From Octopus bimaculoides (taxonomy: Eukaryota), in assembly GCF_001194135.2 (NCBI RefSeq), contig NC_068984.1, positions 61,015,459 to 61,079,294 of the forward strand: a stretch of 63,836 bases of DNA. Direction: 5' to 3'. Shown one piece after another: positions 38,030-49,986 of this stretch. A model generated the notes under the pieces. That model was not told where the DNA came from, did no database searches, and worked only from the letters and a program-made list of their open reading frames with translations. How positions within the stretch are numbered: the first letter of the stretch is position 1; each line of letters begins with the position of its first letter. Both the position numbers and the translations under genes were made by a program.

Positions 38030-39219
38030 ATGATTGTTTGATGTCATAAAGTGGTAGAACTGGACAAAAATAAAAAAAATAAAATAATGAAACAATAAAA
38101 AATGTGTGTATATGAGTGCTCTATAGAGTTGTGAAATTTATGATAATGATGCTCTAAGTAAAATACGTGCAGTGCACATTAACGTTATTTTTTGTATTTC
38201 TTTTAAACAGTTTCCATGATAAAATATCTATAAGTTTATCAGTTCCATTCTTTATTATCGTATGTGCAGCTATAACATCAGGTATCTTAATGGTTTTCTA
38301 TTGCCAGATTTCGACCATCACCTTCTTTGTATTTCTATATTTTATTCAGTTCTTTGTGAGAGCGGTCATAAGAATTAGGAGACACATTTTATCCGTATAA
38401 TTTGTTTTTCTGTTATATCTAGCGATTTACCTTAATTGCTCTATCAGTATTAAGTGTAAAATCCCAGACGATGACGATATAGCCAATTTAAGTGACTGAT
38501 TGGTGAAAATGTCTATACCAGTTTTTTAGTTGCTTCTTCTCCCGATGGTGTTCACAAATTTCCAAAGGATATATTGCCCCATTTGGTTCGGTCTGTCTTT
38601 ATCATGATTCACAGCCGTTGAAGAACATCCGGAGACAAAGTGGTCGATCGTTTCTCCTACATAACCCACGCTTTGAGTCTGTCCCGTACTTAAGTATATT
38701 TTCCTGGTAACCACGGGTCAACAAGGAATAGTCTTGAGCTACGACGATGCCCTTTTTACCTTTAATCCAGCTCTCTGCAACCATTGGTCGGTGTCAGCAT
38801 TAGCTCCATTGGTCAGTGCTAGCTATCGGCTGTGTAAGGATTTATCTTACCAGCGTTGTCTTACTTGATTCAAGCTCTCTTGTGTGCTTTTCTTTTCATT
38901 ACTTTTCCAGCTTGGTTTGTTTGGTGGCATTTCTCTGGTATTGATGTCCATATTGTCTAAACTGAGCTCGTTTTTATGTTTTTTAGTCTCCTTTGTGATA
39001 AATTACTTACACGTCATATTTTCCTAAATTTTAACTAGCACCAACATCTAGTCAGTAGTAATAACAACGTATGCTTCAAGGCCGATGGTAGTTGGTTTAA
39101 AGGATATTTGAAATGATATACTTCTGCGGCTTTCGTTCCTAAGGAGGTATAGACGTTCAATTCAGATTTAAAAGAACGCATATTGTGAGAAATTAGGTGC
39201 TTTCTGGTTTTCACGTTCA
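38030..39219 (-). mobile_element. R4/Dong-type LINE, 5'-truncated at an (AAT)n tract: RT C-terminus, CCHC zinc knuckle and RLE, decayed
   Basis: VKTRKHL...ERLYLLRNE...TTIGLEAY...DQWLQRAGLK...AQDYSLLTRGYQENILKYGTD...ETIDHFVSGC...WDFTLNTDRAIKVNR...IQKITLMCTARILL. Confidence 0.85.
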
Positions 39220-39240
39220 TTATTATTATTATTATTATTA

Positions 39241-39314
<74 letters not shown>
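39219..39314. repeat. (ATT)n microsatellite
   Basis: Directly visible in the sequence. Confidence 0.95.
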
Positions 39315-39316
<2 letters not shown>

Positions 39317-41643
39317 GGACATGATAGAAACGTAGAGAGTGTCGTTCAGAGAAAAGCATTGGCGCTGCTTATTTCGAATATGTTTTAAAAAATTCCCCCA
39401 TGTTCAACCTTTAGCTTGTCATTCTTACAATTTCGATAAAATATAGTACTACTCCAACAATGGTTTTCTTTAATCCGCAAACACCTCACCATAGAAAAAT
39501 TTCTGCCATTGTTTATATACATGAAACAATTGTTGTCCTTTTTGTTACTGTTGTTCTTTCTCACTACACACAATTGCGTTGAACAAAGCTCTGGTCGCAA
39601 CTTTGGAAAAAGGATATTATTCCGTTCTCAACGCTCTGAGCATCAGAGGCTAAACGAAGATGAAACATATCAAATATTCGAAGGGGCTTCTCCAGCACGA
39701 TGTCAGCGATATTCAAACTTATAACTCCCATGCCCTCACCTTTCTGTGATGGAAAACAAAAAGAAAATGGAGAGTGGTGGCAAAGAAAAAGAAATTATCA
39801 TTAACAGTTGATCGCGTGAGTTAAATATAGAGATGTAAGTGATTCCTGGAAAATACAATCCAAGACTGCTTCCCATTGTGCCAATAAATAAGCAGAAATT
39901 AAAGCAATTAAGTTGGTAGTCTTAAGCAGAGAGCATTGTTGCTATACGGGTGATCTGTAAAGTGAAATGATAAAGTTAACAAAAACGGAAGCGATGAACA
40001 GCAGAGAACTGAACACCAAGAACTGACCCCTTAAAAGGATCTAGCAGGTGAGGACTAAGAAACCGCGTTGCTCATTTCACAATAGTATCAGTGTTACCTT
40101 GCAGTGAATAGGAAGAAAGATCAAAAATTTAGAAAAGTAGCAAGTTGTCTATATACATAGCAAGACAAAGCGGGAAGAATATAAAGCACAGACAGAAACA
40201 CGAAAGATCCAAGAACAACATCTCGCGATTCTGAAGAACTTCACGAATGTCATAGTTCATTGCGTTGTCACTAAAATTTTATTGATAACACTGACCAACA
40301 CTGGTTTGTAGTTGCCAACATTTTGGGAGTGATTATAAGATAATTTAGGGAGCTCAGTCAGAACATAGCATCAGTTTTACTAGATTTGCTCGAACTTTTG
40401 ACTATAGAATTTACCGTGCTTAGCATTCAGCGTCTTTTTTTTATGACATTCAATGGTTGCTGGATTAGTTCTTAGATATTAGGTCATCTAATTTATCTAA
40501 TGTTAAATGCTGAAATGAAAAACACTTTTATTTTATCCACAAAGCATCAGCACATATTGACATGAAATGTACAAAAACGTGTAGCAAATTAGACCACTAA
40601 AAATTGTAAAGAAATAAACACAAAATACCTGATCTTATGCAATAACTCTAATAAAGTATATTAAATATGTCAATCAATCCTTTAAAAACTGTTGTTTGTA
40701 TGATTCTCATTTGTGTGGTTTCTCACTACACTTATGCGGAAGATTCGAGCAGTAGTCTGACATCATGTTTCTGCCCCATCAGACTTGATACCTTTTCTTC
40801 TTCACCCTCGCACATTTAAGCTCATTTCTAGGGCCATATTATAAACGCTAAACACTGAAAGTTAATCACATACTCAATCCAATACTCCTAACATCAACCT
40901 AGTTATAGTATTGAGTTACTTTTAGATGAACTGAATTAAACAATGTCAAGTAAGTTATTTATAAAGCATATCAGGAAGAAGATACGAACAATCACCACTT
41001 TATGTGGTTTTTCCCTGAAAAATAAAAGGATTTTGCTCAGTATTTCTTGAAACATCGAGTAACCTCGTCAAGGTTCCTTGTTGTTTGCTAAAGTACTTGA
41101 AAAAATATAACGTAATACGTTATTCTTATAATGGTGAATTGATTATGTTAGACAGTAAGAACTAGCTTTCCGTTTTCCTTTTACTGGTTCCAGTCATGGT
41201 AATACGAATATTTTGGGATAGCATATGGCTCCATCCAGTAATATTTAGACTTGCTCTGAGTCATTAGACAGCACATATCAAGAAGTATAATGAAGCGGTA
41301 CAATACACTTATAAATATATGTTAATATAGTCAGTGAGAGATGTTTCATGCGAGTGTAAGGCATACTGGAAATAACAGCCAAATTTTACTCAAATCATAT
41401 ATAATGTCTTAAAAAAGACACATTAGATAGTACAGACTTATATACCACTAAAAATGCAGGTCGAAACCTTTCTTACCTGCAGCACACCTTGAAGCAAATG
41501 AAAATATCGCAGAAGTCTCAATAGAAAAATTTTAGATTACCTTTAAAATGGACAAATTTAAATGTAATTATTACCTAAAACTATTGATTGTCAGAAAACA
41601 GTAATGAATGTAGTTTATTGTAGTATCAAATAATACAGATTGA

Positions 41644-43421
41644 TTAATGGAAAACCTGTGCCAGATGTTTTCTTTTTTGCTTTTGTTTCAACGTTTAAAC
41701 GTCTATATAATATGCACAACCTCATTTCTTCAATGTAGCAGAATATTTCTTGCTTCGTATTTTTGTTGCAATTTAAGGCTGAAAATCCTTATTGACACAA
41801 ACAAGTAGAAAATTGTAACAAAGCTGATAAGGCTATGTTACTTCAGGATATTCCCTTTAAAGTGAATTCCAAAATGTATTAATGGGTATCTCCGAGTGGT
41901 ATATTTTAATCCAGCCATCACTGAAAATGGTTACCACGTTCTCGTCGTCATCACATAATTGAAGCCCGGTATAAGATCGATTATTTGTGAAGGTATAATT
42001 TAAAATCCAGCAGTTCTTATCAGTTTCAATGACGGAAAATAGCAGCCATTTTTTTCTTCCAGCATTATCAGAGGATTAAATACAAGAGGGATCACTTCCT
42101 TAAAGCTGTACATACGCATTAGGGCAAACATATCAAACTTACCCTATCTTACTCAGCTTTTCCAAATTATATTTTCTTTTGAAAGCAACCAACTTATCTG
42201 TAAAAGTGAGAATATATTCGGTTTTCCCTTACACATTACGGTTAACAAGAAATGTTCACGTTAACTATTCTAACTTAAACCTACACAGTTCAACATTTAC
42301 AGAATCTTTCATACTCATCTTTATCAATAAATGTTTTTAATGCTTTCTGAAGTTCATAAATGTGAGCTGGTATTTTGCTTTTACAAAGCCATGCAAGACT
42401 AATCGAAAGTGTTGAGTTCCAATTTTTCACACGGTTCAAATATTCTTGGCTTCAAAGGTCTTCTTTTAATATTATTGATGATTTCAACTACTTGGCTTAA
42501 CACTTGCTCTAACGTTTGTGCAATTTTTGAAAGTAGGACTTCTCTGTAAAATAATGAGTACGAACAAGTTTTGAATTTTCTCTTTTTTTACGAGCAATGC
42601 AAACCTTTAATAGAGCCTTTCATACATGGTACGTAGTTGGCAGAAATAACAACACATAATTCCCAAGTAAAATTCACTTTTTAAAAGTTACCGCGTTAAA
42701 ATATCAAAATCATCTTGACCGCATGTAGCTGTTGGTATATTTTTTACAATATAAAAGCTAACATATTATTTCATCTTCATCAATAAAACAAATATAAGCA
42801 TGTAATTATGTACTGATACTGAAATGTGTAGATTCATCAAACATTAATGCAAATTTACGATTTCCGAAGAGTTTTCTGGATATTTTTCAATATGTTTAGA
42901 TAAATCTAAAATTCTCGTATATATTATATCATTTCCAAGTGGAATTTTGTTAATATCTGCAAAGTTTTCTTCCGTCATTATTTTAACCATCGTTTTACAA
43001 ATTCACAGGATGTTGTACTCAGTTAGGATGTGAAACTTGGAAGTTATTGTTATTATTTCAGGTATCGCTGTTAAAATAATTTGAGCCTTTTCAGAGAAAG
43101 ACATTATATTCACATATATACTATTCGATCGATGTTCTACATCTCTATCTTGTAGATGTAAATGCTTTGTACTAAAACGTCTTTTTAATTTACTTGGTAA
43201 ATTAGATTTACCATAGATTTATAGGACATTTTTCACCACAAACTGTACACAGTGGGCTTAGTTAATGAGTGTTTCCAGTTCAGAAACATCCGCACTTTAA
43301 ATAGTCATTGCATTATTGTCTATTATGACGAACGTTCGTTGTTTTGCACTGGAATTTTTTTTGTCAGTTCTAGACGTACATTCATCATTATCATTTTTTT
43401 TCTCTGCGTAAATTCATCCAT
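41644..43421 (-). pseudogene. Degenerate hAT (Buster/Charlie group, ZBED5/FAM200-like) transposase
   Basis: Minus strand: MDEFTQRK...PLCTVCGEK...PSKLKRRFSTKH (BED-like zinc finger)...KIPLGND...FALMFDEST...VVEIINNIKRRPLK...FWNSL*REYPE...GFSAL...QVFH*. Many stops and frameshifts, so it is absent from the ORF track. Confidence 0.85.
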
Positions 43422-44034
43422 TGTAGATAGGTAACTGAGAAATCTTGATTTCATAGAAACACACTGAATGGCTACGATAATAGTTTACCCATTTACTTCA
43501 TTACTACAGAAGAAATAAAATTTAGCTAAGGCTTTCCTCAAAAATAACCATTCGCAAGCACATGGACTACTTTTAATCTGAGCGAAACAAAATGAATAGG
43601 CATGCACTGATGGTATACATCAGATCAAAATCACAACTAATTAAAAGTGAATTCAGTTATTGTTCTTATCTAATATAAAAGTCAAAATTTATCAATATTT
43701 GCCCCACCTTCAGATGCCTTAACTCATCCGTCTGCTATTTTGCTATCTGTATGTGACCTAAACCCAAATGGTTTAACCTTACCCTTCTTCCAGTATTTAC
43801 GTAATTTTTCAGGTGTGGCATGAAATTGTTTCATGACTTAGCAGTATATTGCAGTAAACGTTTTGAGAACTACTGCCCTAAACATAAAATGGCCATAACT
43901 GGAATATCTTTGATTATAAATCTGGTAGATTCGGTCGATAAGGGTTGAACTCAGGGTTAAATAACTTCAAAAATAAGTTGGAATAAATTAAAGAGTTACC
44001 ATCCGCATTATTAAACTAGTTACGTATGTACTAA

Positions 44035-44154
44035 CTTATGTATATTGCATACTTACGTATATTGCATACTTACGTATATTGCATCCTTACGTATATTGCA
44101 TACTTACGTATATTGCATACTTACGTATATTGCATGCTTACGTATATTGCATAC
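44035..44154. repeat. 17-bp minisatellite TATATTGCATACTTACG, about 6.7 copies
   Basis: Units start at 44041, 44058, 44075, 44092, 44109 and 44126, with a partial unit at 44143. The only variable position is unit base 11 (A/C/G). Confidence 0.95.
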
Positions 44155-44446
44155 GCAATTGCATACTGCTCCGAATTTAGAATGATGCTGTTGATATACA
44201 GAGACAGATATCATAAACCGCATCCTTCGAAAGACTAGTTGACAGTAATTTGCTCACTAACACACTGCAAGTTCTACCCACAAAAGTAGTCTTCTTCCTC
44301 TCCGTTTCCTAACAAAATTACATTTGCCACTGCTTTTCAGAGCTATCTTGATTCGATTCACTTCTACTCGAGCACTCATGGCTCAATTGTCCCCTTTTGT
44401 CAAACATATTGTGTTAAATGCACGCTCCGCAGTAACCAATACATAC

Positions 44447-44607
44447 TTTCTCCTTCATTCCCGGATTGTCGCACGCGGTATTCACATTCGGCGCAAAATC
44501 CAGAATTTGTTTCTTGTAGCTCAAATATTCCATATATTCCAGTCGAATATTATCGTCATCAATTTCACATGCGGAGGTCATGACCTCAGCTCCTCTCGCA
44601 GACCTAC
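44447..44607 (-). CDS. Candidate exon of an unidentified gene (161 nt, phase 1/0)
   Basis: Acceptor ttcttaattAG and donor GTATGT. Peptide RSARGAEVMTSACEIDDDNIRLEYMEYLSYKKQILDFAPNVNTACDNPGMKEK; the other two minus frames are closed. Confidence 0.3.
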
Positions 44608-45844
44608 CTAATTAAGAATATAACATTATTCTCGTGCATATGGCGTTTCTTTGTAATATATTCTCTAAATGATTTTAATTTACTACACAAAGTGGTGAAT
44701 ATACTTCTATATTTACGTAGTGTCTCTCTCATCACTACTTCAGTATGTACTATAAAAGCTATACATTCCCAAGAGAGTATGTGCCGAAAGTTATCTGGAG
44801 TTAATTCCTTCAGTTGCAAAATATTTGAAATATTATTAGTCAAATAATATTTTTGTGACTGCATATCTGCATAATTATTTATGGTTTGCTTTATCTTAAT
44901 GACACCCACCCTGCCCGATTTAAATATGGTAGCACCGAAGTCAGTACGCTTTAGAATATTACTATATAGTAATTCTCGTATACTAGGATATCGTCTGGTT
45001 GCATGGATCCTATTGGAAGGGAAACTGAAGCAACGGGAATAAGTATGTTTTATCTCGGTGGTGCTTTTTGAAATATTTTCATTCTTTTATCTACTCGCAG
45101 AAACTGATTTTCTTACACCCTCTGATAAAGGGTGTAAGAATTTGGTATAAGTGTATTCTAAGAAACTTGGAATTTCAGGAGTAAATAAGATTGGAAGTTC
45201 TAACTTGAACGTTCAGCATAACACATAAATCATTAAATTTAGAGTAAATGGTAAATTTCACTTCAAAATTAGATGCCTTAATTAGATTAACACATTCAGT
45301 CCTAAAAGTGAATGTTTAATAGCGAGCTGCAAGTTCATATATATCATTGAAAGCTAAATTGTGCCGAGTCAACGTCGCTAGAAATAACAACTAGATCTTT
45401 CTCAAATCATTAGATACTATCTTAAAAAGATATGACCATGATTGGAACATTTGTAGTCATGGATCTACTGAATCAGAACCGCCTTGTGCTCAACAACGAC
45501 TTGGTCTTCTGTTTTCAACTGAAACGAGTCTTTATGTATTATCTTACACTTGTTTCAGCAGCCCCGCTGGGATGCCACCTTGAAGAACTTTTAGTCGAAT
45601 GTATCGTTCCCAGGACTTTTTTTAAAAAAAACCTTGTATGTATTCTATCATTCTCTTTTACCAAACCGCTAATTCACGCGGACATAACCCACCAGCACCA
45701 GTTCTCAAGCGGTGGTGGAGGAAAACACAGACACAAAAACACATGCACGGACACACGCTCACATATCCCTTCGCTTCTTTCTTTTCACTTCGCTCCTTTG
45801 CACTACATGGACTCAACTCCCCCTCTCTTCATCTGACACCCTTT

Positions 45845-46019
45845 ATATACAATATATATTACTAGCAGGGGGAGCGGACCATGGCTATCGCTCTGGGGGC
45901 CAGGTACTCGCGACTGAGGATGAGCCAAGGCGCTCGAAACTGAGTCAGTCTCACGATCCTGTTGTCCGCTAGAGGACAGTAGGGGTTCGCTCCCCTTGCT
46001 AGCAATATATATTGTATAT
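45845..46019 (+). mobile_element. 175-bp element with 36-bp terminal inverted repeats enclosing a hammerhead ribozyme
   Basis: 45845-45880 versus 45984-46019 are complementary at 33 of 36 positions. The interior is GC-rich. Confidence 0.8.
45901..45961 (+). ncRNA. Type I hammerhead ribozyme, predicted cleavage after GUC at 45950
   Basis: Stem I TCGCGA(45908-13)/TCACGA(45951-56) with one mismatch, extended by CAGG/CCTG. Core CTGAGGA(45914-20) plus an extra T. Stem II GAGC-caaggc-GCTC. GAAA at 45936-39. Palindromic stem III ACTGA-G-TCAGT, then C17. Confidence 0.85.
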
Positions 46020-46504
46020 GAAGGATGCAGCGTCGCACCATTAACCAGCTGGTAGAAGATCTGCCTGGGTTTACACTAGTAGTAATACGGAACAGTCACT
46101 TTGACGTGGTGATTGTCTTTACTTATATATATAATTATAGGACGGGCTTTTCTCAGTATCCGTCTACCAAACCCACTCTCAAGGCTTTGGTCGGCCCAAG
46201 GCTATAGTGGAAGACACTTTCCCAAGTTGATACACCGTGGGAGCAAACTCCGAACCATGTGAATCAGTTTCAAACTGTAACGATTATATTATAACACGTC
46301 TGTGGCTAAAATCATTAGTCTTTGGTGTTTTTACTTCATCATTACAAATGATTAACTTCATAATTTTTACATCTACACAAAGTTTAGACCAGTTTAATTG
46401 TCAGTCGTCATCAAGTGTTTTATTTCTTCCGTGGATATATATTAACAGAATGAATTCGAATGTATCTCTACATGTTTCTATGGGTTGACCCTTTAGAGTA
46501 ATAT

Positions 46505-46713
46505 TGATTTCAAATTTTGGAACAAGGCTAGTAATTTCGCAAGAGCGGATAAATCGAGTACATCGACCCCAGTCCTCAAACGTTGCTTATTTTGTCAACC
46601 CCGAAATGATTAAAGGCAACGTCGACCTCGGCGGAAGTGGAACTCAGTAAGGACGGACGAAATGCCGCTAAGCATTTTATCCGGCGCGGTAACAATTCAA
46701 CTGGCTTGCCGCC
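46505..46713 (-). mobile_element. SINE family A, full length
   Basis: Reverse complement: aaggcggcaagccagttgaattgttacc...gagttccacttccgccgaggtcgacgttgcc...ccttgttccaaaatttgaaatcaat. Confidence 0.85.
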
Positions 46714-46844
46714 TTATGCTTCCGTTTAGAAAACAAATTCATTACTTCAATTCAGCCGCGGAATATCTGCACCTCTAGAAATAAGCCACGAGATAACGAT
46801 CAATTTTCAAACCAATTAAAACATTGTTTGTGTGAGTGTACACA

Positions 46845-46847
<3 letters not shown>

Positions 46848-46927
<80 letters not shown>
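46848..46927. repeat. (CA)n microsatellite
   Basis: Directly visible in the sequence. Confidence 0.95.
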
Positions 46928-49900
46928 CCAAACTGAGTAAGTGGAGCAGGTAAAATCCAGGCTACTTAGGTTTCCTAACTTGCAGATCCTCTGATGTAAT
47001 AATTACTCAGTGAAGGGTATTCAGCTAGCTACTTGTCAAGCCAAAGTTACCTTACTTATATGAAGGTTACATTCGAGTTTTATTCGCATTCATAGTAACT
47101 AGAGTTGCTAAGCGTCAGCTATACACATTTGTTTCAGCTTATCGAACTTCTATATGGGAAAAGCCTACAATCTTAGACGCTAATAAATTATTATTATACC
47201 TGAACGTTGTTCTTTATATTACAAATTTTCTCTACTTAGATCCTCATATTTTATAATTACATATCGATATCTCTAAAGTTGAATTTGATAATCCGAAAAA
47301 TTATACAATTCAACTGAGAAATTCTTTCAAATCCATTTAAAATTTATGTACAAATCTTTACTTTCATAATATAACTACTAAAATCAGGATGAGTTCTGAT
47401 TATATTTTGCAAGCATTTCAATTTCTTTTCTGTTGAGTATGGAACAGTATTTTCGCTTTTTTTTTCCTTTTCATTATATTTTATTTTTTACTGATCTCTA
47501 TCAAATAGCATTTTTTTATATTTGTTCGCCAACTAATTTAGAGTAAAAGATATTACGATTACTTTGTTTTCGTGATCAAATGATTTCTACAAACAAGAAT
47601 TATCTTGTTTCACAGTCAAGTTATTTATTTCAAAACATTGAGGTACATTACTTTTGCCAGTCAACTTACTTCTTTCAGGAAACATGACTTCCTGTCTAAG
47701 TAAGATATTTTATAGAATTTAGTCTGAGTTTCGTCCATTTATTACATGATTAAATTAGTATAACATATGCTTCTTTGTACAATAAAAACCATAGCAACGG
47801 CGTTGATTTTACTGTTATTCTTCACTACGAAACAAATGATACGGAAATACTATCGAAGAAAATTTCATTGGAATAGCAATAATAATAATATTTTCTAATT
47901 ATCCTCGGTAATAAGTAATATAAAAGAGTAATTATATTTACAATATATTCACTTATATTTACTAATATTTTCTTATAGATTACTAATAACTACATATACA
48001 AAACATTGAAAGTTGTGCCATATAAATGATGTCCATTTGTAATGTTATCTCAGCAATATAATTTCGAAATCTTGTCCAATGACAATAAAATAAATAGTCC
48101 AGATTGTACTATGTCAGCTACTTTCACACTGCACGCAAGCGCGCACACACATACACACACGCACAAACACACACACACACACACACACGCGCGCATATAT
48201 AGAGAGAGTTGGGTCGAGATATATGTGAGTATGTTTGTGTGGTGGGTGCAGCATTTATTCCAGTAGGCCATGCAACCCTTTTGCTTACAAACTACTGCCG
48301 CTAGCTAACCTATGTTGTCAACTGGGAAGCAAGCTAGCTAGAGAAGTCTTTTCATACAAACTTTCCATCACCAAGACTCATGTCTGGTCTCCTCGGCAAA
48401 TCGTTCTTTTGTGGATACAAGCTTCCTTGTTAAGATTTCTTGAATCTACAATTGGTTCCAAAGATGCAGCGTACAGTCCGACACTGATATATAGAACTAG
48501 TCAATTGTAAACCTCTGCCCTGTTATGTCATGAATGAATCCAAAATGTGCACCGAGATGGTAAAATTGTCAGTTTTCCATTAGTAGAATTTCTTCAGCCT
48601 CTTCGGCTGAGAGGAGGGTTCAGCACTAGGTTTAGCTTCTCGAGTAAGGTAGAGAGTTGAGGTGCTATAACATAGATATTTCTACCTTCAGCGAACCCAG
48701 GATACATGCAAAATATTTTTTTCTTAAGAGATGTCCGAGACAGTTACACCGTTCTCTATAAGATCTACAATTAATGTGATATCACCTATATGGCATCGGC
48801 TATTACTGTAAGGATTACTTAATTGTTTAAACTGATGAATACGCCGGTTAATTTTATTCACCCTGCAGAGAGACTCTAGATCACGTTAGTGAGTGCCAAC
48901 GCATCCACTCTGTTAACTAATGATAAGGACAAAGCTGTTTGTACCAGCTACTAGATTACGACTGACTAAATTACTTAAACAAGGCAATACAATAGTATGT
49001 TGAAATTTAATAAATTTTGTTTCGAATTATTGGAAAGCAGGATGTTGCGAAAACTTACAGCAATAATATCAGACATGTTACTTTGAGTGAGCTGCTCAGA
49101 CTTAACCCAGCAACAGATTTTTTTCATAAGAACAGACGCGAATATTCAGGGATGTATCCCTCTTCTAGGCACTAATATTTTATTGACTACATTAGCGGAA
49201 AAGACTTTAAAGCTATCTTCTCATTTGTATATTGAAAGGAGCTGAATATTTGGTAGATCGTTTCAGAATACTAAAAAAGGTCTGGCTGTAAGCGAATTCT
49301 TATTTATGTTCAAGGAAACCAATTACCAAAAAGTTTTAGTTCTCCATTATTAACAGTGGTGATATTTGTAAGGACTCCCCTCACATTTTATCTGTCAATT
49401 GTTGAATTTTGGAAGCACGCGGGATCTATAGATTTCGTACGGTGAAAATTGTCCTCCTTAAATTCTCCAATGGTTCTTTTCAAGACGGTAACGTATCAAG
49501 GCTATTTCGAGGACATGTCAAGAACAATCATCGGATTTCTGAATTATTTAAAAGCCTAAGGAAATCCAAATGCATGTACGCAAGCATAACATACACAATT
49601 TGTCATTCAATACATGCCCTCTATACTCATAACAATTATTTCATGTTATTCGTCAAGTCTTCAAACAGCATATATCAACACTGAAATAGTATTGTTCTGA
49701 GAACACTTTAGCGAGCTCCTAAATCAACCTAGAGGAATGGATCTCTCAATCATGCAGCAAATTTGTAAAGTTCCCTTAACAACGAGCCGATTACATTGAC
49801 GACCTAAACAACCTTAACAAGTTGCTGACATTTCTGATTTTAGATCAGCTATCCTGTAGTAATCTTGCAGGAGGGCACTTACTTCTGAATNNNNNNNNNN

Positions 49901-49943
49901 GGTTGTGAAGCGGTGTTGGGGGACAAATACAGACAAAGACACA

Positions 49944-49986
<43 letters not shown>

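Larger units (their letters stand above)
45560..46270 (-). mobile_element. SINE family B copy split by a ~340-bp insertion
   Basis: Tail half at about 45560-45765 (gccaccttgaagaacttttagtcgaa...ccaaaccgctaa...gcggtggtggaggaaaacacagacac) and head half at about 46125-46270 (gacgggctt...ctaccaaacccactctcaaggctttggtcggcc...ctatagtggaagacac). Confidence 0.75.

Noticed and set aside
44035-44154. CRISPR-like array
   Set aside because: Repeats are head-to-tail with no spacers, the context is eukaryotic and there are no cas genes. The same applies to 52652-52735.
6044-49900. Six N-runs (6044-6129, 10073-10082, 11266-11404, 23687-24015, 37323-37364, 49891-49900)
   Set aside because: Assembly gaps, five of them within microsatellites. 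They are not biological features and limit interpretation of adjacent repeat lengths.
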